Assembly (NCBI GenBank): GCA_963735805.1
Contig: CAVTMK010000004.1
Span: 704,001-768,000, forward strand
Length of the DNA: 64,000 nucleotides
Reading direction: 5' to 3'
Origin: an uncultured Verrucomicrobiae bacterium
GTDB taxonomy: Bacteria > Verrucomicrobiota > Verrucomicrobiia > Chthoniobacterales > UBA10450
The position numbers were made by a program, and so were the translations under genes. Positions 50,291-59,138 of the stretch are shown piece after piece. The notes below the pieces were generated by a model that ran no database searches, was not told the DNA's origin, and saw only the letters and a program-made list of their open reading frames with translations. Each line of letters opens with the position of its first letter. The stretch's first letter is position 1.

Positions 50291-51931
50291 ATGAAAAAGA
50301 CGATATTAGTCGTGCTGATCGTGCTTCCAGTGAGCATTGGATCGGCACAGGAGACCACCCCCGGTGGTAGTTCATCACCAACCCCGACAGGCTCAACTAC
50401 GACGCCCGCGACGGCAGCAGATGTCGCAGTGTTGCGCCAGCAAGTGCAATCACTCACCGAGACGGTGCAAGCTTTGCAACAACAAGTGAAAGATCAGCAG
50501 GCCGCGTTAGAGAAAGCAAACCTGACTGGTGAGTCAGGCCTTCCCCCAAATCCAGAACCATCTCCGATTGCGGGCGCCGAGGGATCGCCCATGCCGTCCG
50601 GGAGTGTGGCGCCACGATTTCCAACAGAAGACACGTCGGTGGTGAGCTCGGCAACGGCGCCGGCTACGTCGCCCGCCGTTGGTGCAAGCCCGAGCTCATT
50701 GCCCGGCAGTTTCCCGACAACCGATACCTCAGTTGTAACATCGGCACCGGAAACGATCTCAACCACGGGTGCTGGGGCGTCATTGACGCAACCCATCACT
50801 ATCGGTGGCAGCAAAGCTTACATGAATATCTCATTGGACAGTGTCTTCGCGCTAGCGTATTCCAGCGCCGCCGATCTCCATGACATCGAGGTGGGCGACC
50901 ACGATCCTCAACAGCGCGGCTTTAATGCACGCAACACTGAACTCGCGTTTGATGGCGCAGTCGATCCTTATTTTGAAGGTTTCGCGAACATCGTTTTCCT
51001 GTTGGACAACGACAACCAGACCGAGGTCGAACTTGAGGAAGCTTTCCTGCAAACCACAAGCCTGCCTTACAACCTGCAATTGAAAGGCGGACAATTCTTT
51101 GGTGACTTCGGCCGGCTGAACCCAACTCACCCACATACATGGGACTTCGCGGACACGCCTTTGGTGAACGGCTTGTTTCTCGGGCCCGACGGTCTTCGTG
51201 GTGTTGGCGCCCAAGCTTCCTGGACGCTGCCAGTGCCGTGGTATTCGCAACTAATCTTTGCGTCGCAAAACGGCCGCGGTGAGACGGGATTTTCGTTCCG
51301 AAATCCTGGTGACAACGGAGTGTTTTTCGACCGTGTAACGACGGATCGCGAGGCACGCGGGCTGCAGGACTTCGTCTGGATCCCGCGCTTTGAAAATTCC
51401 TTTAATTTGAGTGATACACAGACTGTGCTGGCTGGCGTGTCGGGCGCCTTTGGCTCCAACGAGACCGGCGCGAATTCGCGAACTCAGATTTACGGAGCGG
51501 ACCTTCTCTACAAGTGGAAGAGCTCCCATGCCGAAGGGGGTTTTCCTTTCGTAAAATGGCAGACAGAATTCATGTACAGGCGCTTCGAAGCCGGCCGTGG
51601 AGCGGATGAATCGTTTCCCGTGGCTGAGACATTTCACGATTGGGGATTTTATTCGCAGGTGCTCTGGGGATTCAAAAAAGGGTTGGTTGCCGGCATTCGT
51701 GGCGATTATGTGGACATGCAGGATTCCATGTTTACCGACGACCTGGACAGGCAATCACGTTGGCGGCTTAGTGCTAATCTCACGTGGTATCCGACTGAAT
51801 TTTCAAAAATTCGATTGCAGTACAATCAGGATTTTCTGCAGGAAAACTTTTTCCTCTCTGCAAGGGAGGTTGAATCGATTTTTCTCCAGTGGGAGTTCAT
51901 TCTTGGTTCCCACGGTGCTCATAAATTCTAA
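50291..51931 (+). CDS. Outer-membrane beta-barrel protein associated with metal uptake
   Basis: Signal peptide, coiled coil, VDPYF, ELEEAF, LNPTHPHTWDF, PTEFSKIRLQY, C-terminal GSHGAHKF. Confidence 0.75.
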   Translation: MKKTILVVLIVLPVSIGSAQETTPGGSSSPTPTGSTTTPATAADVAVLRQQVQSLTETVQALQQQVKDQQAALEKANLTGESGLPPNPEPSPIAGAEGSPMPSGSVAPRFPTEDTSVVSSATAPATSPAVGASPSSLPGSFPTTDTSVVTSAPETISTTGAGASLTQPITIGGSKAYMNISLDSVFALAYSSAADLHDIEVGDHDPQQRGFNARNTELAFDGAVDPYFEGFANIVFLLDNDNQTEVELEEAFLQTTSLPYNLQLKGGQFFGDFGRLNPTHPHTWDFADTPLVNGLFLGPDGLRGVGAQASWTLPVPWYSQLIFASQNGRGETGFSFRNPGDNGVFFDRVTTDREARGLQDFVWIPRFENSFNLSDTQTVLAGVSGAFGSNETGANSRTQIYGADLLYKWKSSHAEGGFPFVKWQTEFMYRRFEAGRGADESFPVAETFHDWGFYSQVLWGFKKGLVAGIRGDYVDMQDSMFTDDLDRQSRWRLSANLTWYPTEFSKIRLQYNQDFLQENFFLSAREVESIFLQWEFILGSHGAHKF

Positions 51932-51934
51932 ATT

Positions 51935-52834
51935 ATGAAGAAGACTTCTTTTATCTTGTGCTCAATTATCGCTTGCGCCTGTTCGGCACAGGCAAAATTA
52001 AATGTCGTCGCGACACTGCCGGACTTCGGATCACTCGCGCGCGAAATCGGTGGCGATAAAGTCAATGTAACAGTTCTGGCGAAAGCCACGGAGGATCCGC
52101 ACTTCGTCGATGCGCGGCCGAGCTTTGTCGTAGCCTTGCGCAATGCCGATGTCCTAATCGATGGCGGTGCAGAACTTGAGGTGGGCTGGTTGCCGCCGCT
52201 TCTGCAAAACGCGAGGAATCCGAAGATCGAGGTGGGCAAACCCGGGCGAATCCAGGCGTCGCAAGGAGTCCGCCTCATGAACGTGCCGGGGAACGTCACA
52301 CGAGCCGCCGGCGACGTTCACGCGCTCGGCAATCCGCATTTTACTGTTGATCCGATTATTGCCAAGGCGATCGCACAACACATCGCGCAATCGTTTTCCG
52401 CTTTGGATCCATCGAACGCCGCATTTTACCAGGCGAACTACAAGAAGTTCGAAACCACGATCAACGCAAAGCTGCAGGAATGGGGCACTGCGCTGCTGCC
52501 GTTTCATGAACAGCACGTCGTAGCGTATCACGATTCATGGCCATACTTCGCGCACCGCTTTGGGTTGAACATCGATATCTTCCTGGAGCCGAAGCCGGGC
52601 ATTCCACCATCCCCGTCACATCTCACAGAAGTGATTGCGCAGATGAAAGCACTGCATATCAAGGCGATTATCGTCGAACCGTTTCATGATCGACGGATCG
52701 CTGAAAAAGTTGCAGGTGCGACGGGCGCGAAAGTGGTGGAGTTCTCACAATTCCCGGGTGGTCTCCCCGGTACGGACAGCTACGTAAAGCTGATGGACAC
52801 ACTGGTGGCCCGTCTCGCGGCGGCGCTGAAGTAG
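51935..52834 (+). CDS. Metal ABC transporter substrate-binding protein (ZnuA/TroA cluster A-I)
   Basis: DPHF, GDVHALGNPH, YHDSWPYF, EPKPGIPPSPSH. Confidence 0.9.
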   Translation: MKKTSFILCSIIACACSAQAKLNVVATLPDFGSLAREIGGDKVNVTVLAKATEDPHFVDARPSFVVALRNADVLIDGGAELEVGWLPPLLQNARNPKIEVGKPGRIQASQGVRLMNVPGNVTRAAGDVHALGNPHFTVDPIIAKAIAQHIAQSFSALDPSNAAFYQANYKKFETTINAKLQEWGTALLPFHEQHVVAYHDSWPYFAHRFGLNIDIFLEPKPGIPPSPSHLTEVIAQMKALHIKAIIVEPFHDRRIAEKVAGATGAKVVEFSQFPGGLPGTDSYVKLMDTLVARLAAALK

Positions 52835-52836
52835 CC

Positions 52837-53679
52837 ATGTGGGAAGTCATGTTTTGGCCGATCATGGCCTGCGTGCTTTTGCCATGGTTGCTGGTCTACC
52901 TTGGACTGCACGTTGTTCAGCGCGGTATCATTTTCATCGATATCGCCATGGCTCAAATGGCGGCGCTCGGAATTTGCGTTGCGATCCTCTTTCGTATCGA
53001 TTTGGAAAGCTGGACGACCTTTGCAATCGCACTGGCTTTCACGCTCGCTGGCGCGGCAATTTTCTCAGTAACAGGCAAGCGCACGAGCCAAATCCCCCAG
53101 GAAGCAGTCATAGGAATTGCATACGTGGTGGCGGCGGCCGCAGCGGTGTTGCTGCTCAGTCGGGCCGCGGAAGGCGACGAAGAAATCAAAAATATGTTGG
53201 TGGGAAATATTTTGCTCGTTACGCCACACGAGGTTTGGGAGCGGTTTGCGCTTTTCGCGGCGGTCGGCATTTTCCATTTCGTTTTCCGGAGGAATTTCCT
53301 CCTGGTCTCATTCGATCGTGACGGCGCCTATCAGAAAGGACTTCGTGTGCGGTGGTGGGATTTTTTCTTTTATGCGCTTTTCGGCTTGGTTGTGACGAGC
53401 TTCGTCCGCATTGCAGGCGTGCTGCTTGTGTTCAGTTATTTGATCGTCCCTGCGGTTTGTGGAATCAATCTCGCCCAACGAACTGCGAATCGCTTACTCA
53501 TCGGCTGGTTCATCGCGTTGCTCGGCGGGGTTGCAGGTCTGTTTTTTTCCTACTGGTGGGACTTGCCTTCCGGTGCCGCAATCGTCTGTACGTTTGGTGC
53601 GTTGCTAATCCTTATTTCGCTTTTCGCGTTGTGTCGGCATCCTCGAGCACCTTTCGAGAGGGCGGGGGATTCGCGGTAA
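52837..53679 (+). CDS. Metal ABC transporter permease (ZnuB/ABC-3 family)
   Basis: GLHVVQRGIIFIDIAMAQMAALG, EAVIG, LVGNILLV, GVLLVFSYLIVPA, DLPSGAAIV. Confidence 0.88.
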   Translation: MWEVMFWPIMACVLLPWLLVYLGLHVVQRGIIFIDIAMAQMAALGICVAILFRIDLESWTTFAIALAFTLAGAAIFSVTGKRTSQIPQEAVIGIAYVVAAAAAVLLLSRAAEGDEEIKNMLVGNILLVTPHEVWERFALFAAVGIFHFVFRRNFLLVSFDRDGAYQKGLRVRWWDFFFYALFGLVVTSFVRIAGVLLVFSYLIVPAVCGINLAQRTANRLLIGWFIALLGGVAGLFFSYWWDLPSGAAIVCTFGALLILISLFALCRHPRAPFERAGDSR

Positions 53680-53712
53680 CATTTTGGGATAACCGCGCTA
53701 TTTTGAGTCGGC

Positions 53713-54648
53713 ATGCATCGAACTGACCATTCACACTTCAGGAAACGGCACGATTTCGTTCCGGATTTTTCGCACGCGGAACGGCGGACCCGCATCGTGA
53801 TCGCCGTTACAGCCGCGATGATGATCGTCGAGATCGCGGTTGGATTGATGTCCAACTCGATGGCGTTGCTGGCCGACGGCTGGCATATGAGCACGCATGT
53901 TCTTGCGTTTTTGATAACTGCAGTCGCCTACTATTTTTCGCGGACACAAGCCAGCAACGCGCGCTTCAGCTTCGGGACTGGAAAAGTCGGCGTGCTGGGC
54001 GGGTTCACCAGCGCGGTTGTGCTTTCGATCGTAGCGCTGTTAATGGCAGGCGAATCCCTGCATCGGTTGTTTGTTCCTTTGGAAATTCATTTTAACGAAG
54101 CGATCGGTATCGCTTGCGTCGGATTGCTGGTAAACCTTGGTTGCGCAGTGTTGCTCGCGGATCGCCATCACGAAAGTGGTCATGGTAGCGTTCACGATCA
54201 TGATCTAAATCTGCGGGCCGCCTATCTCCATGTGCTGGCCGATGCGTTTACTTCGGTACTGGCCATTACAGCGTTAACCGGCGGCAAATTCTTTGGCTGG
54301 GCGTGGCTTGATCCAGTTGTGGGAGTTGTCGGAAGCGGCGTGGTTTTTTCGTGGTCCTACACACTGTTGCGTGATACGGCCGGGATCTTGCTGGATTGCA
54401 CGCCGTCCTCTTCGGATTTGCCTGATGAAATTCGTCGAGCGGTGGAAAGTGATGGCGATTCACTCGTGACCGATCTGCACGTGTGGCAGGTCGGCATCGG
54501 CAAGTATGCGGCAATGATCTCTGTCGTAGCTCACGAACCGAAGAGTTGCGAGTCCTATCGGGCCTTGCTGCGTGGACATCACGAACTGGTTCACGTCACG
54601 GTTGAAACGCTACATTGCCGCGACGATCACACACCGGCGCGCTCCTAG
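53713..54648 (+). CDS. dmeF: CDF family Co/Ni/Zn efflux transporter, DmeF-like
   Basis: SMALLADGWHMSTH, FGTGKVGVLGGF, His-rich loop, NLRAAYLHVLADA, DLHVWQVG, HVTVE. Confidence 0.85.
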   Translation: MHRTDHSHFRKRHDFVPDFSHAERRTRIVIAVTAAMMIVEIAVGLMSNSMALLADGWHMSTHVLAFLITAVAYYFSRTQASNARFSFGTGKVGVLGGFTSAVVLSIVALLMAGESLHRLFVPLEIHFNEAIGIACVGLLVNLGCAVLLADRHHESGHGSVHDHDLNLRAAYLHVLADAFTSVLAITALTGGKFFGWAWLDPVVGVVGSGVVFSWSYTLLRDTAGILLDCTPSSSDLPDEIRRAVESDGDSLVTDLHVWQVGIGKYAAMISVVAHEPKSCESYRALLRGHHELVHVTVETLHCRDDHTPARS

Positions 54649-54918
54649 GAGTCTGTTGAAATACTTAGCCATGCCGCGTTGCCGCCGATTTTTTGCCTCT
54701 CCAAGAGGCGAGGAGGGCGCATACCCGCGGTGGTCTGTAACCGACGAGCAACGCCCGAGAGGCAAAAAAGCGACCCAACCCGGAGGGCGAGAGACTTTGG
54801 ACTACCTGGCGTCGTTGCTCGCTCCTCGCATGTTACTTCAAACATGGTTGTCACTCGCGCCTTGGCACCCAACCCAAAGCGCTCTTGCGCGACATGGCTG
54901 AGCATTCCAACAGACTCC
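54648..54918. mobile_element. MITE-like non-autonomous element (~271 bp) with ~26-bp TIRs and TA duplication
   Basis: Left ggagtctgttgaaatacttagccatg vs reverse complement of right ggagtctgttggaatgctcagccatg; TA on both flanks; no transposase. Confidence 0.75.
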
Positions 54919-54920
54919 TA

Positions 54921-55679
54921 ATGATCTACGCGCTCTGGCAAGTCGTCGCGGCTTACGTTTTCGCTCTTGCCGGTGGAGGGATCAGCACCTCGTTGCACCT
55001 GGGGCACAAGCCGCTTTGCGCGCTCATTAGCTTCGCGGCGGGAACGCTTCTTGGGGTTACGCTCTTTGCAATTTTGCCCGAAGGTCTGAACGACAGCGGC
55101 GCATGGCCAGTGGTCGCGGCCGCAGCTAGCGGATACGTATTATTTCTTTTTATCAGCAAATACGTCCATCATGTTTGCCCGGCCTGTGCTGCCAGTCATT
55201 TCGACGCGGATGCAACACGACACTTCAGCGAGATCGCCACAGCGCTCATCATTGCATTGGCGATTCACAGCACGACCGATGGGTTGGCCTTGGGAATTCA
55301 ACAGGAAGCGCCCTCAACAGACGCGACAAAATGGTCGCTATTCTCCGCTCTGTGCATTCACAAAGTCCCTGAAGGTCTCGCGCTCGGCAGCCTTTTGATC
55401 GGGGCTGGACTGCGACGCTCGACCGCGCTCGGTTGGGTTGCTGCCGTTGAAGCAACTACGCTCGTCGGCGGCGTGATCGGTATGTTGTGGCTGGGGAAAG
55501 TCTCGGCTTTTTGGCTTGGCTTGATCATGGCGCATGTTGGCGGCGGATTTCTTTATCTCGCAACACACGCTGTAGTTGGAGAAATGCTGAAACATGGCAA
55601 AAAACTTGTGCTGACAAGCTTTTCGATAGGAGTAGGACTGATCGCGGTTCTCAACATCGGGTTAAGGGCCATTGGCTAG
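54921..55679 (+). CDS. ZIP family metal transporter
   Basis: SFAAGTLL, LPE, HHVCPAC loop, IHSTTDGLALG, HKVPEG, GGFLYLA; start ATG 54921. Confidence 0.88.
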   Translation: MIYALWQVVAAYVFALAGGGISTSLHLGHKPLCALISFAAGTLLGVTLFAILPEGLNDSGAWPVVAAAASGYVLFLFISKYVHHVCPACAASHFDADATRHFSEIATALIIALAIHSTTDGLALGIQQEAPSTDATKWSLFSALCIHKVPEGLALGSLLIGAGLRRSTALGWVAAVEATTLVGGVIGMLWLGKVSAFWLGLIMAHVGGGFLYLATHAVVGEMLKHGKKLVLTSFSIGVGLIAVLNIGLRAIG

Positions 55680-55723
55680 AGTGCCGCGTTGCGCTTCGCA
55701 CAGCGAAGCAGCTACAGTGATTC

Positions 55724-57034
55724 GTGCATTCCTTTCGTTATCGCGACGGACATCTCTGCTGCGAAGACGTCGATCTTACCCGTGTGGCAGAGGAACTCGG
55801 CACGCCGATTTATGTTTATAGTGCAACAACAGTTGTCGATCACTACACGCGCCTCGATGCGGCGCTCGCGCCGTTGGACCACCTGATTTGTTACGCGGTC
55901 AAAGCAAACTCAAATGGCGCCATCCTGAAATTGCTGGCAGCCGTGGGCGCGGCTTTTGACATCGTTTCGGGCGGCGAACTTTATCGTGTAATCGCGGCTG
56001 GTGGTGATCCAGGCAAGTGCACATTCGCCGGCGTAGGCAAATCGCGAGAGGAAATTGAATACGCGCTCGAGCAGCGGGTTTACAGCTTCAATGTCGAGAG
56101 CGAAGCGGAGCTGGAACAGATCGATCGTATTGCAGGTGCAAAAGAAACGCGTGCGCCGATCGCCTTACGCGTGAATCCCGATGTCGATCCGCATACGCAC
56201 GAGTACATCTCGACCGGTTCGCACGAAAACAAGTTCGGTATCGCACTGGACAGCGTCCCCGCGGCGTACGAGCGAGCTGCCAAAATGCGGAACCTCGAAA
56301 TCGTGGGCGTACAAATGCACATTGGCTCGCAAATCACAGAGGCGTCGCCGTTCGCGACCGCGATCGGAAAGGTGACGCCACTCGTACACGAGTTGAAATC
56401 AAAATACGGAATCAAGTTCTTCAGCATTGGCGGCGGGATGGGGATTGTTTACCGACGCGCCCTCGAGAGCGGTTCCGGCAAATGGTGGCACGACCACGGT
56501 GGCGAATCGTCCGCGTTTAGCGTCGCCGATTACGCTGAGGCCGTTGTTCCGCTCTTGCGGGAGCTTAACGTTCGCATACTGGTCGAACCCGGTCGCTTTC
56601 TTGTAGGCAATGCCGGCGTCTTAATCACACGCGTGCGTTACATCAAAACCTCGGGGGTAAAGAAGTTCGCTATCGTGGACGCAGGTATGAACGACCTCAT
56701 TCGCCCGGCGCTCTATCACAGCAATCACGACATCGTACCGGTTGAAGAACCGGGCAGGACCAAAAGCAACGATACAGAGAAGATCGATGTTGTTGGGCCA
56801 GTATGCGAATCGGGCGACTTCTTCGCGCTGGAGCGGGAGATGCCTGAACTCCATGAGGGCGATCTACTCGCTGTCATGAGCGCTGGCGCGTATGGATTTG
56901 TGATGGCTTCGAATTACAATTCCCGTCCCCTTCTGGCTGAGGCGCTGGTGCGTGGCGACAAGTTTAGACTGATTCGAAAACGGCAAACGTGGGAAGATCT
57001 CCTGCGCGAGGAGGTGGTGCCAAAATGGCTGTAG
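55724..57034 (+). CDS. lysA: Diaminopimelate decarboxylase
   Basis: YAVKANSN, DIVSGGEL, KFG, HIGSQ, EPGR, DAGMNDLIRPALY, GPVCESGD, GAYGFVMASNYNSRP. Confidence 0.95.
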   Translation: MHSFRYRDGHLCCEDVDLTRVAEELGTPIYVYSATTVVDHYTRLDAALAPLDHLICYAVKANSNGAILKLLAAVGAAFDIVSGGELYRVIAAGGDPGKCTFAGVGKSREEIEYALEQRVYSFNVESEAELEQIDRIAGAKETRAPIALRVNPDVDPHTHEYISTGSHENKFGIALDSVPAAYERAAKMRNLEIVGVQMHIGSQITEASPFATAIGKVTPLVHELKSKYGIKFFSIGGGMGIVYRRALESGSGKWWHDHGGESSAFSVADYAEAVVPLLRELNVRILVEPGRFLVGNAGVLITRVRYIKTSGVKKFAIVDAGMNDLIRPALYHSNHDIVPVEEPGRTKSNDTEKIDVVGPVCESGDFFALEREMPELHEGDLLAVMSAGAYGFVMASNYNSRPLLAEALVRGDKFRLIRKRQTWEDLLREEVVPKWL

Positions 57035-57118
57035 CCGGTAAGAGGCATGCGGGCCGACGGCGGTTACAGCGCCGACTTGCGTAATTTGGCGTTCGGCATA
57101 AATAGTCCCCTGCTTCCG

Positions 57119-57820
57119 ATGATGAAACGCTTCTTACTCGTTTGTTGTTTATCGCTGTTAGCGGTCGGCTCCAGGGCCGCTTCGCCGGTTTCGGGCGAAT
57201 ACATCATCCTTGTCGGCGGGCCATCCATGTACCAGTGGGAAAAGTATAAGACCTACCCGCACGATCATTGGTGGGCGAACTTTGTTCGGGCGGCGCGTAT
57301 ACGTACCGAACAGGTGCGAACCGAGCTTGGCCCGGACGTAAAAATTACCTGGCTTGTTTACAGACAGGGTTACGAGGACCGCGCAAAACAGGAGCACCAG
57401 GATCTGATCAGCCTCATCGGTACTATACGTGACAAATTTAATATTAACCTCGTCTGGTTTGGTCCGGGCGACGCAGTGATCAACTATCTGAACAACGGCG
57501 AGCCACGAGATCAGATGAAGGTCATCGGTTTTGAATATTTCGGCCACTCGAACCGGGCCTGTTTCATGTTCGATTACAGCAACAACATCGACAGCGCCTG
57601 TAAGTCGTGGTTGCATGAAAACGACCTGACCAAGATCAATCGCCGTATTTTCGCCCGTCATGCTTACGCCAAGAGCTGGGGCTGTCATACCGGCGAAGAG
57701 ATGTCGAAAAAATGGTTCGCTGCCACCGGGGTGCGAATGATCGGAGCGCTTGGCAAAACTCAGTTCATGATGGAAGAACTGCCAATCCTCATTTCCGATG
57801 GCGGCAGGTGGGTGAATTAA
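57119..57820 (+). CDS. Exported hypothetical protein with caspase-like His/Cys motifs
   Basis: Signal peptide MMKRFLLVCCLSLLA; YFGHS and SWGCHTG motifs. Confidence 0.55.
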   Translation: MMKRFLLVCCLSLLAVGSRAASPVSGEYIILVGGPSMYQWEKYKTYPHDHWWANFVRAARIRTEQVRTELGPDVKITWLVYRQGYEDRAKQEHQDLISLIGTIRDKFNINLVWFGPGDAVINYLNNGEPRDQMKVIGFEYFGHSNRACFMFDYSNNIDSACKSWLHENDLTKINRRIFARHAYAKSWGCHTGEEMSKKWFAATGVRMIGALGKTQFMMEELPILISDGGRWVN

Positions 57821-57869
57821 ATTTCGGATTTCAGATTTCGGAATTCGGATTTGACATCGCGACATCGCG

Positions 57870-58111
57870 ATGACGTTTCGGGAACTCGAACACCTCTACG
57901 ATCTGCCACTGTTCGACCTCATCTCACAAAGCCGTGCTGTTCACCTTCAGCATTGGCGAGGTGAAGAAGTGCAGCGTTGCAGCCTGCTAAGTATCAAGAC
58001 TGGCGGCTGCAGCGAAAATTGTGCGTACTGCGCGCGGTCTGCTCGCACGAACTCGGTTTGCAGCCGCCACAGGTCGCTGAGGCTGAGAAAATGTCGTTCC
58101 CTCAATTCTAG
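57870..58111 (+). pseudogene. bioB: Biotin synthase remnant with large internal deletion
   Basis: LYDLPLFDL...VQRCSLLSIKTGGCSENCAYCARSAR (radical SAM CxxxCxxC), then out-of-frame HELGLQP...stop. Confidence 0.8.
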
Positions 58112-58200
58112 TAGGCCAAGATTGGGATCGACATTGGTCCGTCGTTTTGCGATGAAGCTTTTCGGTTCGGTGGGCGCAAGGATTTCAACAGAAAGAAATT

Positions 58201-58620
58201 ATGGACTGGAAAAAATTCTTCATCGCATTCGTTGCAGCGTTTGGTTTCATTTTCGTGTTTGGATTCCTTTGGTACGGCAAGCTGATGCACGGGGTACATC
58301 AGGAAGTTCCTGCGCTTTGGCGTTCTGAGGCAGAGTTTGGCAACTATTTTTCGTGGCTTGTTTTTGGACACATCATCATGGCGTTTTTTCTTACGTTGCT
58401 TTGTGCAAAATTCGTCCCGGCTGGCGGCCCGGGTCCATGCGCTCAGCTGGGGATTTTGCTCGCGCTTGTCTATGTCGGTAACGACTTCATCACATACGCT
58501 GTGCAGCCGCTCACGTTGAAAATGCTTTGCGGCTGGATTGTTGGTGGTCTAATTCAATTTGGTGTCGCTGGCGCAATTATCGGCGTGATTTACAAGTCCA
58601 GCTCACCCGCGACACGTTAG
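58201..58620 (+). CDS. Small 4-TM membrane protein (DUF1761-like), paralogue 1
   Basis: FGFLWYG, YAVQPL, IIGVIYK. Confidence 0.65.
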   Translation: MDWKKFFIAFVAAFGFIFVFGFLWYGKLMHGVHQEVPALWRSEAEFGNYFSWLVFGHIIMAFFLTLLCAKFVPAGGPGPCAQLGILLALVYVGNDFITYAVQPLTLKMLCGWIVGGLIQFGVAGAIIGVIYKSSSPATR

Positions 58621-58631
58621 ACTCCAGATTT

Positions 58632-59045
58632 ATGAAACGATTCATCATCGCATTTATTGCCGCATTTATCTTCATCTTCTTGTGGGGATGGCTCTACAAC
58701 GGCACCCTGCTGAAAGATTCTTTTGCTGAGGTGCAAAGTCTCTTTCGGCCGCGCGAAGAAATGATCGGCCTGTTTCACTGGATCATTATCGGTCAAGCGG
58801 GGTTGGCCCTCGCTTTCGTCATGATTTACGCCAGCGGCTTTGCCGGAGGCGGAATTGCGGCCGGTGTTCGCCTCGGAATCATGCTGGAAATTCTGGCGAT
58901 TGGCGCGCGTTGCGCGATTTACGCGACACAGCCATTCCCAGCAAAGCTTCTCGTGCTGATTAGCATTGGCGGCTTCATCGAGATGATTGTGACTGGCGTC
59001 ATAGTCGGTGCGATTTACAAACCGGCAGCTGAGCGGCCGTCTTAG
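58632..59045 (+). CDS. Small 4-TM membrane protein (DUF1761-like), paralogue 2
   Basis: WGWLYNG, YATQPF, IVGAIYK; start moved to ATG 58632. Confidence 0.65.
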   Translation: MKRFIIAFIAAFIFIFLWGWLYNGTLLKDSFAEVQSLFRPREEMIGLFHWIIIGQAGLALAFVMIYASGFAGGGIAAGVRLGIMLEILAIGARCAIYATQPFPAKLLVLISIGGFIEMIVTGVIVGAIYKPAAERPS

Positions 59046-59138
59046 AGCCGGAGCCGCTTCAGTTCATACCGATTTCAAAGTTAAACGTTTCGCGTCTGTC
59101 GCACTGCCACATTGTGGAGGCGAATTGAGCGGTGAACG

